Shown: positions 18,394 through 27,827, counted from the first letter of the stretch. The stretch is DNA of 32,000 nt from an uncultured archaeon (GCA_964354495.1 CAYHAA010000012.1:1-32000); one strand, 5' to 3'. Numbers and translations: made by a program. The notes: generated by a model not told the origin, from the sequence alone.

Positions 18394-18416
18394 CACCTGT
18401 CCAACTTTGTCCAAGA

Positions 18417-19670
18417 TTGAAGCAACTGCTGCATACCCTGCAGTTGTGCGAGGGAGCAATATTGAGTTACGAAGGAATACTCGAACAGTCTAGTGCTGGC
18501 CTGCAGCAGCTTCTCGAGGCCGGTGAGGAGGTCATAGGTTACATTTATCCCCATACGCCACTTGAATTGATACTTGCTCATGGTCTGACGCCGTCATTCC
18601 TGCGAGGCCTACCGGGAGTATCCGGCGGATTTGAGGAGAGTCTGCAGACATTCGCCTGTTCTTATGTCAGGAATCTGTACAGCCAGAGGACTAACGATCA
18701 GATGCCATCTATCACTGGTTTCATCTTTCCAAGCAACACCTGTGATTCTCTTTACAATCTTTCAGATGTGTGGCGCTTTCGTTTCCCGGATGATGTGGTC
18801 TTCCGACTGACATATCCTGCCACAAGGCATGTCAAAGATGGCTCTATTGTGAGATACCTAACAAAGGAACTCCAACTATTGAGCAATAGAATTGAGGAAT
18901 CACTTGACCGTCCATTTATGCCTGAGAACTATCAACGTGCCGTATCACTTGTGGGTCAGTTCCGCGAAGATGCGCAGTATCTGTACAGTGCACGAGTTGC
19001 AGATCCGGCAGTACTATCCTATACCGAACTCTGTCGTCTGATACGCGCCTTTCTTACGACACCAATCCCTGCTGTCGGATTGGAGTTACACGACACTACA
19101 TCATTGGTTCGTAATAAGATTAAGAAGATGGCACTCTCTAACGTTGTCACGTCCATCCTTAAAGCATTCAAGACTGGTCACTTCTCGCAGATCAAGAAAC
19201 TCAAACCATCACACAGATCAAGGATTGCTGTTGCTGGTGGTATGGTGGAACCCCAAGCAGTTGCTAACATCATCACTGGTGTTCGTGGATTCACTGATTC
19301 AAGACTTGTTCTCGATTTACTCTCCTTTGGTTTCAAGACGGCGTTCACTCCGCCCTTGGATGCGAAGGGTGATCCCTTTGAAGAAATGGCGAAGTCCATC
19401 TTATCGGCTCCGGGAGAACCAACCCAGGAAGGACTACGTCATCGGATGATCTATCTTGAAGAGCTTCTGGAACCCCTACAAATTGATGGTCTAATGGTGT
19501 TTGAGCAGTCCTTCTGTGATCCTGACGAATTCGAGGCTCCCTCAATTGAAAGAGCGGCCTCTCGGCAAGGAGTGCGAACGGTCAGAATCCCCATTGATCC
19601 AGAACTGTCTGATAGAGCTCGTATAGAAGTGAGAATTCAGAGTTTCTTGGAGTCCTTTGATAAGACCTGA
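18417..19670 (+). CDS. 2-hydroxyacyl-CoA dehydratase / class I benzoyl-CoA reductase family, beta-type subunit (HgdB/HadC/BcrC-like)
   Basis: TPLELILAHG, TFACSYV, SNTCDSL, QSFCDPDEFE, RIQSFLE: the three-Cys cluster pattern. Confidence 0.8.
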   Translation: MKQLLHTLQLCEGAILSYEGILEQSSAGLQQLLEAGEEVIGYIYPHTPLELILAHGLTPSFLRGLPGVSGGFEESLQTFACSYVRNLYSQRTNDQMPSITGFIFPSNTCDSLYNLSDVWRFRFPDDVVFRLTYPATRHVKDGSIVRYLTKELQLLSNRIEESLDRPFMPENYQRAVSLVGQFREDAQYLYSARVADPAVLSYTELCRLIRAFLTTPIPAVGLELHDTTSLVRNKIKKMALSNVVTSILKAFKTGHFSQIKKLKPSHRSRIAVAGGMVEPQAVANIITGVRGFTDSRLVLDLLSFGFKTAFTPPLDAKGDPFEEMAKSILSAPGEPTQEGLRHRMIYLEELLEPLQIDGLMVFEQSFCDPDEFEAPSIERAASRQGVRTVRIPIDPELSDRARIEVRIQSFLESFDKT

Positions 19671-19680
19671 GGTGAGCATA

Positions 19681-20898
19681 GTGACAGAGACAAAGAAAGA
19701 AGAGAAAGTCTATCGCCAGCTTGAATCAAATTCACTACTCCAACAGATTATGTTCCAGTATATGTTAGAGGGTCAACAGGCCAGTGAAGAAAAGCGTCTG
19801 GCATGGGTGACCTCAGGATTCCCTGTGGAGATTCCTGTGGCAATGGGCGTTGGTGTGAGTTATCCTGAGCAGTATGGAGCTGTCGTAGGGTCTCAAAAGG
19901 TAGGCCCCGAATTGTGTGGCTATGCTGAAGAGATTGGTTACTCGCAGGAGTTGTGCTCTTATGCACGAGCAAGTATAGGTTCAGTGGATAAGCCGAATGC
20001 AAGCCCAATGGGTGGACTACCAGTTCCTCAGGCACTTCTTGCTTCCAACAACATCTGTGGCACTGTCCTCAGATGGTACGATGCAGTATCAGAGCAGACC
20101 GGCGCACCCGTGTTCCTCTTGGACACACCACCGATTGATGGTGAACAACCTGAGCATCACAAAGAGTATGTGAGAAAGGGGATTGACCGGCTTGTGGATT
20201 TTCTTGGGACGACCTTTCACACGACCCTTACAGAGAAGAGAATGCGCGAGGTCGCTGCTCTTTCCAGTAGAGCTGTCAAACTCTATAATCAATCCCTGGC
20301 TGCATGTAAGAATCGACCATCGCCGCTGAACTGTGCTGATCGCTTCTTGGCGATGGCGCCTGTGGTTTCCATGAGAGGTTCTGATCTTATCATCGACTTC
20401 TATCAGGCTCTCTTAGATGAAGTGAACTCAAGAGTGAAAGAAGGCATAGGTGCAATCCGCGATGAGAAGATACGTCTGCTCTGGGACAATATTCCGCCAT
20501 GGCATTCCATTTTCAGGTTCTTTAATGGTCTGGCAAAGAGAGGTGTGGCCTTTCCAGCTGATACTTACACGCATGCATGGTCTGGAGCCATTGAAACTGA
20601 TGACCTATATGGGAGCGTCGTGAGCATATATTCCAATTCGTACCTTAACAAGGGACTTGGGGCAAAGATAGACAAGATGTGTCAGCTGATTGAGGACTAT
20701 GACCTTGATGGCTTCATCATGTTCTCAGTGCGATCCTGCAAACGCTACTCCCTTGGTCAGCTAGTTTCGAAAGAGATCGTTAGCGAACGGACCGGGGTTC
20801 CGGGAGTTGTAATAGAGGGTGACATGGTGGATTCGAGAGTATATAACGAGGCTCAGATACAGACCCGAGTAGATGCACTTCTTGAGATGTTTCTCTGA
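19681..20898 (+). CDS. 2-hydroxyacyl-CoA dehydratase / class I benzoyl-CoA reductase family, alpha-type subunit (HgdA/HadB/BcrB-like)
   Basis: PEQYGAV, ELCSYARASIG, NNICGT, RLLWDNIPPW, RSCKRYSLG, IEGDMVD. GTG start after a GAGGTGA SD. Confidence 0.85.
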   Translation: MTETKKEEKVYRQLESNSLLQQIMFQYMLEGQQASEEKRLAWVTSGFPVEIPVAMGVGVSYPEQYGAVVGSQKVGPELCGYAEEIGYSQELCSYARASIGSVDKPNASPMGGLPVPQALLASNNICGTVLRWYDAVSEQTGAPVFLLDTPPIDGEQPEHHKEYVRKGIDRLVDFLGTTFHTTLTEKRMREVAALSSRAVKLYNQSLAACKNRPSPLNCADRFLAMAPVVSMRGSDLIIDFYQALLDEVNSRVKEGIGAIRDEKIRLLWDNIPPWHSIFRFFNGLAKRGVAFPADTYTHAWSGAIETDDLYGSVVSIYSNSYLNKGLGAKIDKMCQLIEDYDLDGFIMFSVRSCKRYSLGQLVSKEIVSERTGVPGVVIEGDMVDSRVYNEAQIQTRVDALLEMFL

Positions 20899-20908
20899 GG
20901 TACTGACT

Positions 20909-21691
20909 GTGAAGAAACATGGAATTGGTATTGACATCGGTTCGACCACCGCAAAGGGTGTTCTCGTGAATTCCACTCTGAAGATTCTCGCTTCGTATAT
21001 CATGCCCACGGGATCCTCCGGCTCACAGGCTGTGGAGAGAATAATGGAGGAATTGCGGATTTCCTCCAAAATGAAGCTGTTGGGTATTCCAATAATAAGT
21101 ACAGGTTACGGACGCACTCAAGTGGAAAATGCTGAGCAATCAGTCACCGAAATAACATGTCACAGTGTGGGCGTTCACTCGCTGAATCCCGAAATGCGTC
21201 TTCTAGTCGATGTTGGAGGTCAGGACTCAAAAGTGATTCACATCGGTCCGGAAGGCCGACCCGTGAACTTCGAGTTGAATGACAAGTGCTCTGCGGGGAC
21301 TGGAAGATTCCTTGAAGTGATGGCTGGTGTGCTTGGCATCTCCATCAGTGAACTCGGGCCTCTTGCCCTGACGTCAAAGACACCAGCGACAATCAGTAGT
21401 ACGTGTACTGTCTTTGCAGAGAGTGAGGTGATTTGTCATATTGGTGCTGGAAAGGACCCTGCGGACATCGCGGCTGGACTTCATGCATCGATGGCCTCCA
21501 AGATTGCATCTCTCGCTAGACGTGTTGGCATTGTTCGGCCCATCTGCCTGACGGGAGGCGTGGCTCTGAATCCTGCATTCAAGTACTATCTATCAAAGCA
21601 ACTTGGAGCCGAACTATGGGTTCCTGAGAACCCCCAGTTCACAGGAGCTCTGGGAGCAGCTGTTATTGCTATAAGCGGACTGAATAGATAG
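20909..21691 (+). CDS. ASKHA ATPase [4Fe-4S] dehydratase activator (HgdC/HadI-like)
   Basis: GIDIGSTTAK, STGYGR, EITCH, DVGGQDSK, NDKCSAGTGRFLE, STCTVFAESEV, TGGVALN, GALGAA. GTG start after GAGGT. Confidence 0.92.
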   Translation: MKKHGIGIDIGSTTAKGVLVNSTLKILASYIMPTGSSGSQAVERIMEELRISSKMKLLGIPIISTGYGRTQVENAEQSVTEITCHSVGVHSLNPEMRLLVDVGGQDSKVIHIGPEGRPVNFELNDKCSAGTGRFLEVMAGVLGISISELGPLALTSKTPATISSTCTVFAESEVICHIGAGKDPADIAAGLHASMASKIASLARRVGIVRPICLTGGVALNPAFKYYLSKQLGAELWVPENPQFTGALGAAVIAISGLNR

Positions 21692-21739
21692 CGTATCCCA
21701 TTTCCAAGCATACGTCAGTAGCAGCGACCTATGTATCAC

Positions 21740-22309
21740 TCACTCTTTGTTCTTAGCCAAAGCCTCTTCGCCCGCTCTCATGCCCAATTCCAATGCGAGC
21801 ATATTCGTCTTGAGGAACTTCGGCCATTTTTCTTCGATTCTGGCTTTCAGTCCCTCAATTGATAATGCCCTCGTGATGACGGTAAAGGCTCCTAGCATGA
21901 CCATATTCGTCGCTTGTTTGTTACCTACTTCTTTGTCTGCAATCCTTGTCGCCGGGATCTTGTGAACCTTCACTCCCTTCGGAAGCTTACCCTCCACGCC
22001 CACCATGTCTTCATCTATGATGAGGACTCCATCCTCCTTTAGACCGTTGACGTATTCCAGGTACGCAGCTCTACTTAGCGCCACAAACACATCAGGTGCT
22101 ATGACCTTTGGATAGTCAATCTCTTCATCAGAGATAACGACCTCGCTCTTGCTCGCACCGCCACGGGCTTCCGGCCCATATGACTGGGTCTGCACGACGT
22201 ACTTATTGTCATTCAATGCAGCTGTTTCTCCGATCACCACTGCCATCGTGACCACACCTTGGCCGCCAAAGCCTCCGATTCGTATCTCGTACCTGCTCAA
22301 ATCATTCAC
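21740..22309 (-). CDS. korC: 2-oxoacid:ferredoxin oxidoreductase gamma subunit
   Basis: RIGGFGGQGVV, QSYGPEARGGAS, NMVMLGA. Overlaps the beta stop. The 2-oxoacid substrate cannot be determined from sequence. Confidence 0.9.
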   Translation of the reverse strand: MNDLSRYEIRIGGFGGQGVVTMAVVIGETAALNDNKYVVQTQSYGPEARGGASKSEVVISDEEIDYPKVIAPDVFVALSRAAYLEYVNGLKEDGVLIIDEDMVGVEGKLPKGVKVHKIPATRIADKEVGNKQATNMVMLGAFTVITRALSIEGLKARIEEKWPKFLKTNMLALELGMRAGEEALAKNKE

Positions 22310-23147
22310 CCTTGGCTCGACGATGCACCTCTTCTAGAACAGCTGTGTACTCCGGCTTTTCAATATCCACAAACTCACCACATACAATTCTATGATCATA
22401 GTCAAGCTCTGCCTCATGAGGTGGCAGACCATTCTGAATCTCAGCGACCTCCAGTAGGTGCTTATGCATGGCCAAACCATCACCCAATCGGTTCATTCTA
22501 CCGTAAGCTGTGGGGCAGGCTCCTATTATTTCGACGAATGAAAAACCCTTCCTCTTGATTGCCTTCTCCATTGACTTTGTTGCCCTTCGAACTTGGATTG
22601 CTGTCCATCTCGCCACGAAGGTTGCCCCAGATGATGCTGCTAGCTTCACCAAGTTGAATGGATGCTCTATATTGCCAATTGGAGCCGGGCTTGTCTGAGA
22701 AAATCGTTGGTGCTCAGTTGTCGGGCCGAACTGGCCTCCTGTCATGCCGTAGTTGAAATTGTTGATGCAGATGACAGTTATGTCAATATTCCTGCGACAC
22801 GCATGAATGAGGTGATTCCCGCCAATAGCTGCAACATCGCCATCACCACTGACAACAATGACATTGAGTTCAGGGTTAGCTATTTTCACGCCTTCTGCGA
22901 AGGCTATTGCCCTTCCATGAGTTGTATGGTATGTCCCTGTCTTGAAGTACCCTGAAGTTCTTCCTGTACATCCAATGCCTGAAACCACTACGACCTTGGT
23001 AAAATCGATGCCAAGATTATCAATCGCTCTTGCGAGCATGCCTGATACAATCCCTACAGAACAGCCCGGGCAGTAGATGAACGGAGTCCTGTCGGTTCGA
23101 ATGTACTTGGCCATCGGATGCTTCAAGACATGCACTGCTTCTGTCAT
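22302..23147 (-). CDS. korB: 2-oxoacid:ferredoxin oxidoreductase beta subunit
   Basis: YCPGC, SGIGCTG, HGRAIA, SGDGDVAAIGGNH (TPP motif), NNFNYGMTGGQ, ACP. ATG at 23147 preferred. Confidence 0.93.
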   Translation of the reverse strand: MTEAVHVLKHPMAKYIRTDRTPFIYCPGCSVGIVSGMLARAIDNLGIDFTKVVVVSGIGCTGRTSGYFKTGTYHTTHGRAIAFAEGVKIANPELNVIVVSGDGDVAAIGGNHLIHACRRNIDITVICINNFNYGMTGGQFGPTTEHQRFSQTSPAPIGNIEHPFNLVKLAASSGATFVARWTAIQVRRATKSMEKAIKRKGFSFVEIIGACPTAYGRMNRLGDGLAMHKHLLEVAEIQNGLPPHEAELDYDHRIVCGEFVDIEKPEYTAVLEEVHRRAKGE

Positions 23148-23350
23148 GGAGGATAGTCCCATCAAGCTTCGACTGCTAATATGATAAAAGGCTTGTTGAT
23201 GCGGTCGACGCGTCAATTCGTGTCGTGATAGTCAATGATGGCAAAACACACTGATTTCTCTCAATGAAGTGATGAGATGCTTACTCATTGTCTCTCCAAA
23301 GAAGGCTAATATTCATCGACGTCTACCATCATCCGAGAAAGTGGGTCAAG

Positions 23351-24952
23351 ATGACTGGACACGTGATTGAAGCCATCCTAATAACAGACAAGAACAGCAA
23401 TCCTCGATTCTACATGCAGCTTGACCCTCGTGCCTTTGGTATGAATCCTATTCTTGCATCAAGTTTCTTCACGGCTATTGACATGTTCTCAAAAGAGGTG
23501 TTTCAGCAGAGTGCACCCGTCTTCCATGTAGACTATGGAGCTCACGTATTCACAGTATTGAACGGCGAGAATGTGCACATGGTGGCGGTTGGTGTGCAGA
23601 GTCTTAACACCGAGCTCATTCGTGTGCTCAATTCGCTGCTGACTGAATTTGAACAGAAATGGCTTCCAAAAACGCAACTCTTTGATAATGCAGTTTCCTT
23701 CGCAGAGGCTTACCTAGAGCCCTTTGGCGAGAGCGTGATGATGAAGCTCTCTTTTGACGACCTTCCAGACTCATGGGTACCATACTTCACAGTGGATCCG
23801 AATACAATTGTCACATCCAGTGGTACTCTTGTGCCTCTGATCAACGGATCGCGAAACATGAAAGAGATCCTGGAAGTGAGTGGACTTTCAAAGAGAGACC
23901 TATTCCTTGAGATATCCAAGTTATGGGCATATCGAGTCATTCGCTTTCGTAACACACTAAGCTTCAATGATTTCATTTCAGCTCGGACCGAATTCTTTCG
24001 GTATGTGCAGGCCACATCTCGGGAAACCGAAGCATTGCACAATCTACATCCCGAGATGCTTGTTGTCATTCCACGGATTGCAGGTCTGATGGATGGCCGA
24101 CGAACAGTCAGAGAGATACTTGGTGAGCTTGGAGTCTCGTACGATGAACGGGAGATACTTAGAGCACTGGACTATCTGCTTGAGACTGGGGTGATTGAGG
24201 CTCTCTCTCCTGAAAAGAGACGTATTCTTCTGGCAAAAGAGGTTCTCGAAATATCGCTACGTGTGGCTGAAGGATGCTACCCGGCAGGAGATGCCACTAG
24301 AGCTTTGACCTCTGTTATGAATGCAAGTGAAACTCCCGAGACCCTGGGCCAACTTCGTTTTGCAGGCAACCATTGGTTTGTTGATTTTGATGCCAAAATC
24401 CTCGAAGGTCTCGACACCCGAAGGCTCATGCTCCTCTTTGGTGAATGGATGAAGATTCTTGCGCAGTTCCCAGCGGCTCTAGATCCAAAGAACCTCGAAC
24501 CCTTTATCATTGCCCTTACTACTGTTTTCCGAGAGCGCATAGTCAGTCGGTTTGCTCCGTTTGACCTCCGCGGATTTGAGGAGTACTCTTTTTGGTTGGA
24601 ACAGCTGAGTAGCCATGACCGGCTCCAGATTAGAACGATTAAGACAGGTTCGTTGATGCGGACCGTTGATGATGCCACAGAAGAAATGACTTTCACTCTT
24701 GTCACAAGGGGGCAGGCCATCTACGGGACAGAGCGTATCACTAGAATCTGTGCGGCGTCTGGGGTGCCACTGATGGACATACCTCCTGACTATTGGGTGA
24801 AGTGGCAGAAGGTCGAGGGTCTGAAGCGTCTTATGCTCGAGTACTCCAAATTGGGAGCGGCAGCGAAGCTGACTCTGTTGATACTGTCATTACGATTCGG
24901 TATCACTATTCCTAAGACCATCATGTCCACTCCTACGACAATCACATACTAG
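23351..24952 (+). CDS. Longin-domain protein with tandem winged-helix units, NPRL2-like (eukaryotic signature protein candidate)
   Basis: N-terminal IEAILITDK...NPILASSFFTAIDMFSKEV matches the Asgard longin pattern. Repeats LINGSRNMKEILEVSGLS...LWAYRVI and LMDGRRTVREILGELG...LLETGVI. ATG at 23351 preferred. Confidence 0.65.
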   Translation: MTGHVIEAILITDKNSNPRFYMQLDPRAFGMNPILASSFFTAIDMFSKEVFQQSAPVFHVDYGAHVFTVLNGENVHMVAVGVQSLNTELIRVLNSLLTEFEQKWLPKTQLFDNAVSFAEAYLEPFGESVMMKLSFDDLPDSWVPYFTVDPNTIVTSSGTLVPLINGSRNMKEILEVSGLSKRDLFLEISKLWAYRVIRFRNTLSFNDFISARTEFFRYVQATSRETEALHNLHPEMLVVIPRIAGLMDGRRTVREILGELGVSYDEREILRALDYLLETGVIEALSPEKRRILLAKEVLEISLRVAEGCYPAGDATRALTSVMNASETPETLGQLRFAGNHWFVDFDAKILEGLDTRRLMLLFGEWMKILAQFPAALDPKNLEPFIIALTTVFRERIVSRFAPFDLRGFEEYSFWLEQLSSHDRLQIRTIKTGSLMRTVDDATEEMTFTLVTRGQAIYGTERITRICAASGVPLMDIPPDYWVKWQKVEGLKRLMLEYSKLGAAAKLTLLILSLRFGITIPKTIMSTPTTITY

Positions 24953-25056
24953 CACTATAGTTGTTCTGCAAGCTCCGTCGATGAATTCATACGTCATGGC
25001 AATCGTTATCTGATATTCACCGCAATAGGTTTCTGCAATATGTGAGATGTTAGAGT

Positions 25057-25572
25057 ATGAGCCCAACTTATCTTCTCAAGGTGGTCACCGTTGGATCCGC
25101 ATCAGTTGGAAAGACGAGTATCATCATCCGATACTCCACAGGGGTCTTCAGGGAACACTATTCTCCAACCCTAGGAACTGGTTTTGCCTACAAGAAGATG
25201 CAAGTCGACAACAATTTTGTGAATCTCCAGATTTGGGACCTGGGCTCTCAGGCCTTTCTTGAGCGGGTACGGGCAAACTACTACATTGGCACGCAGGGAG
25301 TCATTTTTCTCTTTGATGTCACTACATGGGAAACTCTACATGATGTGATTGAGTGGAAAAAAGAAGTCGATCGAAATGTTGAGGAATACAAGTCTTTGCT
25401 CGTGGCGAACAAGACAGACCTTGTGGAAGAGAGAGTCATCCCTATTGAAGAGGGTCAAAAGATCGCACGCGAACTAGGGATGGACTATATCGAGACCTCT
25501 GTTAGAGATGATAAGAATGTGAACAAGGCTTTCGAGATGATTGCGCGAAGCATTTGTCAATCACTTTTCTAG
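25057..25572 (+). CDS. Rab/Ras-like small GTPase
   Basis: G1 GSASVGKTS, G2 PTLG, G3 WDLGSQ, G4 NKTD, G5 ETSVR; Rab-like LKVVTVG, LQIWD and YYIGTQGVIFLFDVT. No C-terminal prenylation motif. Confidence 0.92.
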   Translation: MSPTYLLKVVTVGSASVGKTSIIIRYSTGVFREHYSPTLGTGFAYKKMQVDNNFVNLQIWDLGSQAFLERVRANYYIGTQGVIFLFDVTTWETLHDVIEWKKEVDRNVEEYKSLLVANKTDLVEERVIPIEEGQKIARELGMDYIETSVRDDKNVNKAFEMIARSICQSLF

Positions 25573-25641
25573 TTTCGATTATCTTGAGTTTGAATGATCC
25601 TTGGAGTCCTTACGATACTCCTGCTCTCTAGACAGAGAGAA

Positions 25642-26616
25642 TCAATCATTAGTCTTCGGGTAATAAGGTGAAGCCGCGAGCATTTGCTTCATCGCCTGTC
25701 CCTTGAATAGTCTGGCAATATATCTCTTGATGCCTAGCATAGACCTCATCTCTTCAAGGTACTGGTCAAATGTTCGAGTCTGATATTTTAGAAGTCGCTG
25801 TGATTCTTCAGTGTCAAGCCAATCGGTGTAATAATACTCCTCGGGCTTCTTTGGCACTCTGAAGGCAGACTCAGGTGGCACTTTCAGACCCATTAACCCC
25901 ATCACCCTCGAAATAAATTCCCGCTGAATCATCTGGTTTGCTTTTCCTCCGCCTATTAGAAGCGTCTTTCTAGATGTCTCGGCCTCTACTACATTTGCGC
26001 AAGCCAGGCCAACATCCCGAGAGTGTACGAACTCGATTCGTTGGTCGAGTGGCATTTCAAACATCAGAGACCTCATATCTGCGCTGATTGCTATTCGCGG
26101 TGCCGCTGTGATTCGCAGGATTGTCCAAGGAAGACTGCATGCTCTTACTATCTTTTCGCAGGCGATTTTCGTTTCAGTGTATGTATCAGTGGCTACCAGT
26201 GGGTCTTCTACGGTTCGTGGTGGCGGGAGGTGCATAGTGGGTCCGAATGTTGATACCGATCCTGGAAAGATGAACTTCGGTCTTTTATCCTGTGCTTCTG
26301 CTGTTTCAATGACGTTCCGAGTTCCCTCAATGTTTATAGCTCTTGCAAGATCAGGCTTTCTCTCAGACAATGGTGGCATGATTCCTACAAGGTGGATAAT
26401 ACAATCGACATCTTCGACACTAGACCTCACAGTCTCGATGTCAAGAATATCTCCCCATATGGTATCAAAGAGGCCTCTCTTTCTCAACCTTTTTTGTATC
26501 TTTTGGCTTGCATTAGTATACAGATCGAAGCATCTTATCTCATAGTCTTTCTCGAAGAGTGCCAACAATGTGCTTTCGCCAATGTTGCCAAAAGATCCAG
26601 TTACTAGAACCCGCAT
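25642..26616 (-). CDS. NAD(P)-dependent epimerase/dehydratase (extended SDR, 3-beta-HSD-like)
   Basis: VLVTGSFGNIG, IIHLVG, YTETK (YxxxK), WTILRI, FVHSRDV. Confidence 0.85.
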   Translation of the reverse strand: MRVLVTGSFGNIGESTLLALFEKDYEIRCFDLYTNASQKIQKRLRKRGLFDTIWGDILDIETVRSSVEDVDCIIHLVGIMPPLSERKPDLARAINIEGTRNVIETAEAQDKRPKFIFPGSVSTFGPTMHLPPPRTVEDPLVATDTYTETKIACEKIVRACSLPWTILRITAAPRIAISADMRSLMFEMPLDQRIEFVHSRDVGLACANVVEAETSRKTLLIGGGKANQMIQREFISRVMGLMGLKVPPESAFRVPKKPEEYYYTDWLDTEESQRLLKYQTRTFDQYLEEMRSMLGIKRYIARLFKGQAMKQMLAASPYYPKTND

Positions 26617-26690
26617 GACCAAAATCCTTTTTCTTCTTGACTTAACTCTTCCCTGTCTAGAGCATCATAAACCAAGAATAGTCACTGGCT

Positions 26691-27827
26691 CTACAGTGCG
26701 TCAATCTCTTTGATTTTGTCAAGAATCTCGTGAGGAAGCTGCGGCATTCCTGCTGGCTTTGCCATTAGATGAACTGGCGTCGAAGCAGCTGCAGCCTTCA
26801 CCATGTAGTAGACTTGTCCAAGGTTCTGTTCTGCGACAATGATCTGGTCAACCTCTGTGGCAATCTGCGCAACCTCATTTTCAGGGAATGGCCACACAGT
26901 CTTGAGCCTCAGCATTCCAACCTTGATGCCCTCTTCGCGGGCAATCGTAATGGCTCTCTTTGCACTCCTTGCTGGCGTACCATACGAGATCACTGCAATT
27001 CTGGCATCATCCAGCTCCACACGGTCAACGTCAATGATTTTATCCGCATTATGCAGTATCTTGTTGTTGAGACGGGTTATGAGTTCAATCTGAACCTTCT
27101 CGCTGTCACTTGGATACCCTCTCTCATCATGAGTCAGGCCAGTGGCATAGAACTGATACTTGGATCCTAACAGAGCCATTGGCGGCACGAGGTCATCGTC
27201 TGCTTTGAATGGTAGATACTCTGATGGTTCCACAGTGGGTGTCTTGCGGTTCTCAATCGTTATGTCTTTTTGATCAGGAATGATTAGTTTCTCTCTCATG
27301 TGGCCCACAGTCTCATCAGCAAGCACATAGACGGGTGTTCGATACCTCTCTGACAGATTGAACGCTTGAACAGTCTGGTCGAACATCTCCTGAACTGATG
27401 CTGGAGTGAGAGCGATTATCTGATAGTCGCCGTGGCTTCCCCATTTTGCCTGCATGATATCGCCCTGTTGACCCCTTGTGGGCTGTCCTGTGCTTGGCCC
27501 TCCACGCATGATATTCACGAGCACAAGCGGTGTTTCAGTCATCACTGCCAAGCCAATTGCTTCTTGCATGAGACTTACACCAGGACCTGAGGTGGCTGTC
27601 ATTGCCTTTGTTCCAGTCCATGACGCACCTATCACGCTTGTAATGGATGCTATCTCATCTTCATACTGGACATAGGCACCGCCAATTTCCGGCATTCTCT
27701 GTGACATCCACTCTGCAATCTCAGTGGCAGGTGTGATTGGATATCCTCCAAAGTATCGACAACCAGCACAGAGTGCACCTTCAGCACATGCAATATCTCC
27801 CATTGTGAACATGATACGTTCGGGCAT
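26691..27827 (-). CDS. korA: 2-oxoacid:ferredoxin oxidoreductase alpha subunit
   Basis: GYPITPATEI, QYEDEIAS, TATSGPG, RGGPSTGQPT, TGLTHDERG, SYGTPAR, AEQNLGQ. Confidence 0.94.
   Translation of the reverse strand: MPERIMFTMGDIACAEGALCAGCRYFGGYPITPATEIAEWMSQRMPEIGGAYVQYEDEIASITSVIGASWTGTKAMTATSGPGVSLMQEAIGLAVMTETPLVLVNIMRGGPSTGQPTRGQQGDIMQAKWGSHGDYQIIALTPASVQEMFDQTVQAFNLSERYRTPVYVLADETVGHMREKLIIPDQKDITIENRKTPTVEPSEYLPFKADDDLVPPMALLGSKYQFYATGLTHDERGYPSDSEKVQIELITRLNNKILHNADKIIDVDRVELDDARIAVISYGTPARSAKRAITIAREEGIKVGMLRLKTVWPFPENEVAQIATEVDQIIVAEQNLGQVYYMVKAAAASTPVHLMAKPAGMPQLPHEILDKIKEIDAL

Noticed and set aside
16338-18581. ORF 18159-18581 is in frame with the extended fadD ORF across a single TGA (possible read-through fusion)
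   Set aside because: The upstream peptide has no recognisable features and overlaps the dehydratase gene antisense. fadD has a good SD/ATG at 18089 that matches its paralog's length.
18417-21691. Assignment as benzoyl-CoA reductase (bcr/bzd)
   Set aside because: Only one ATPase/activator gene and no aromatic ring-cleavage genes nearby; left at family level.
25624-25639. CTCTCT-AGAC-AGAGAG hairpin between the convergent GTPase and SDR genes
   Set aside because: A low-complexity 6-bp stem that is likely to occur by chance.
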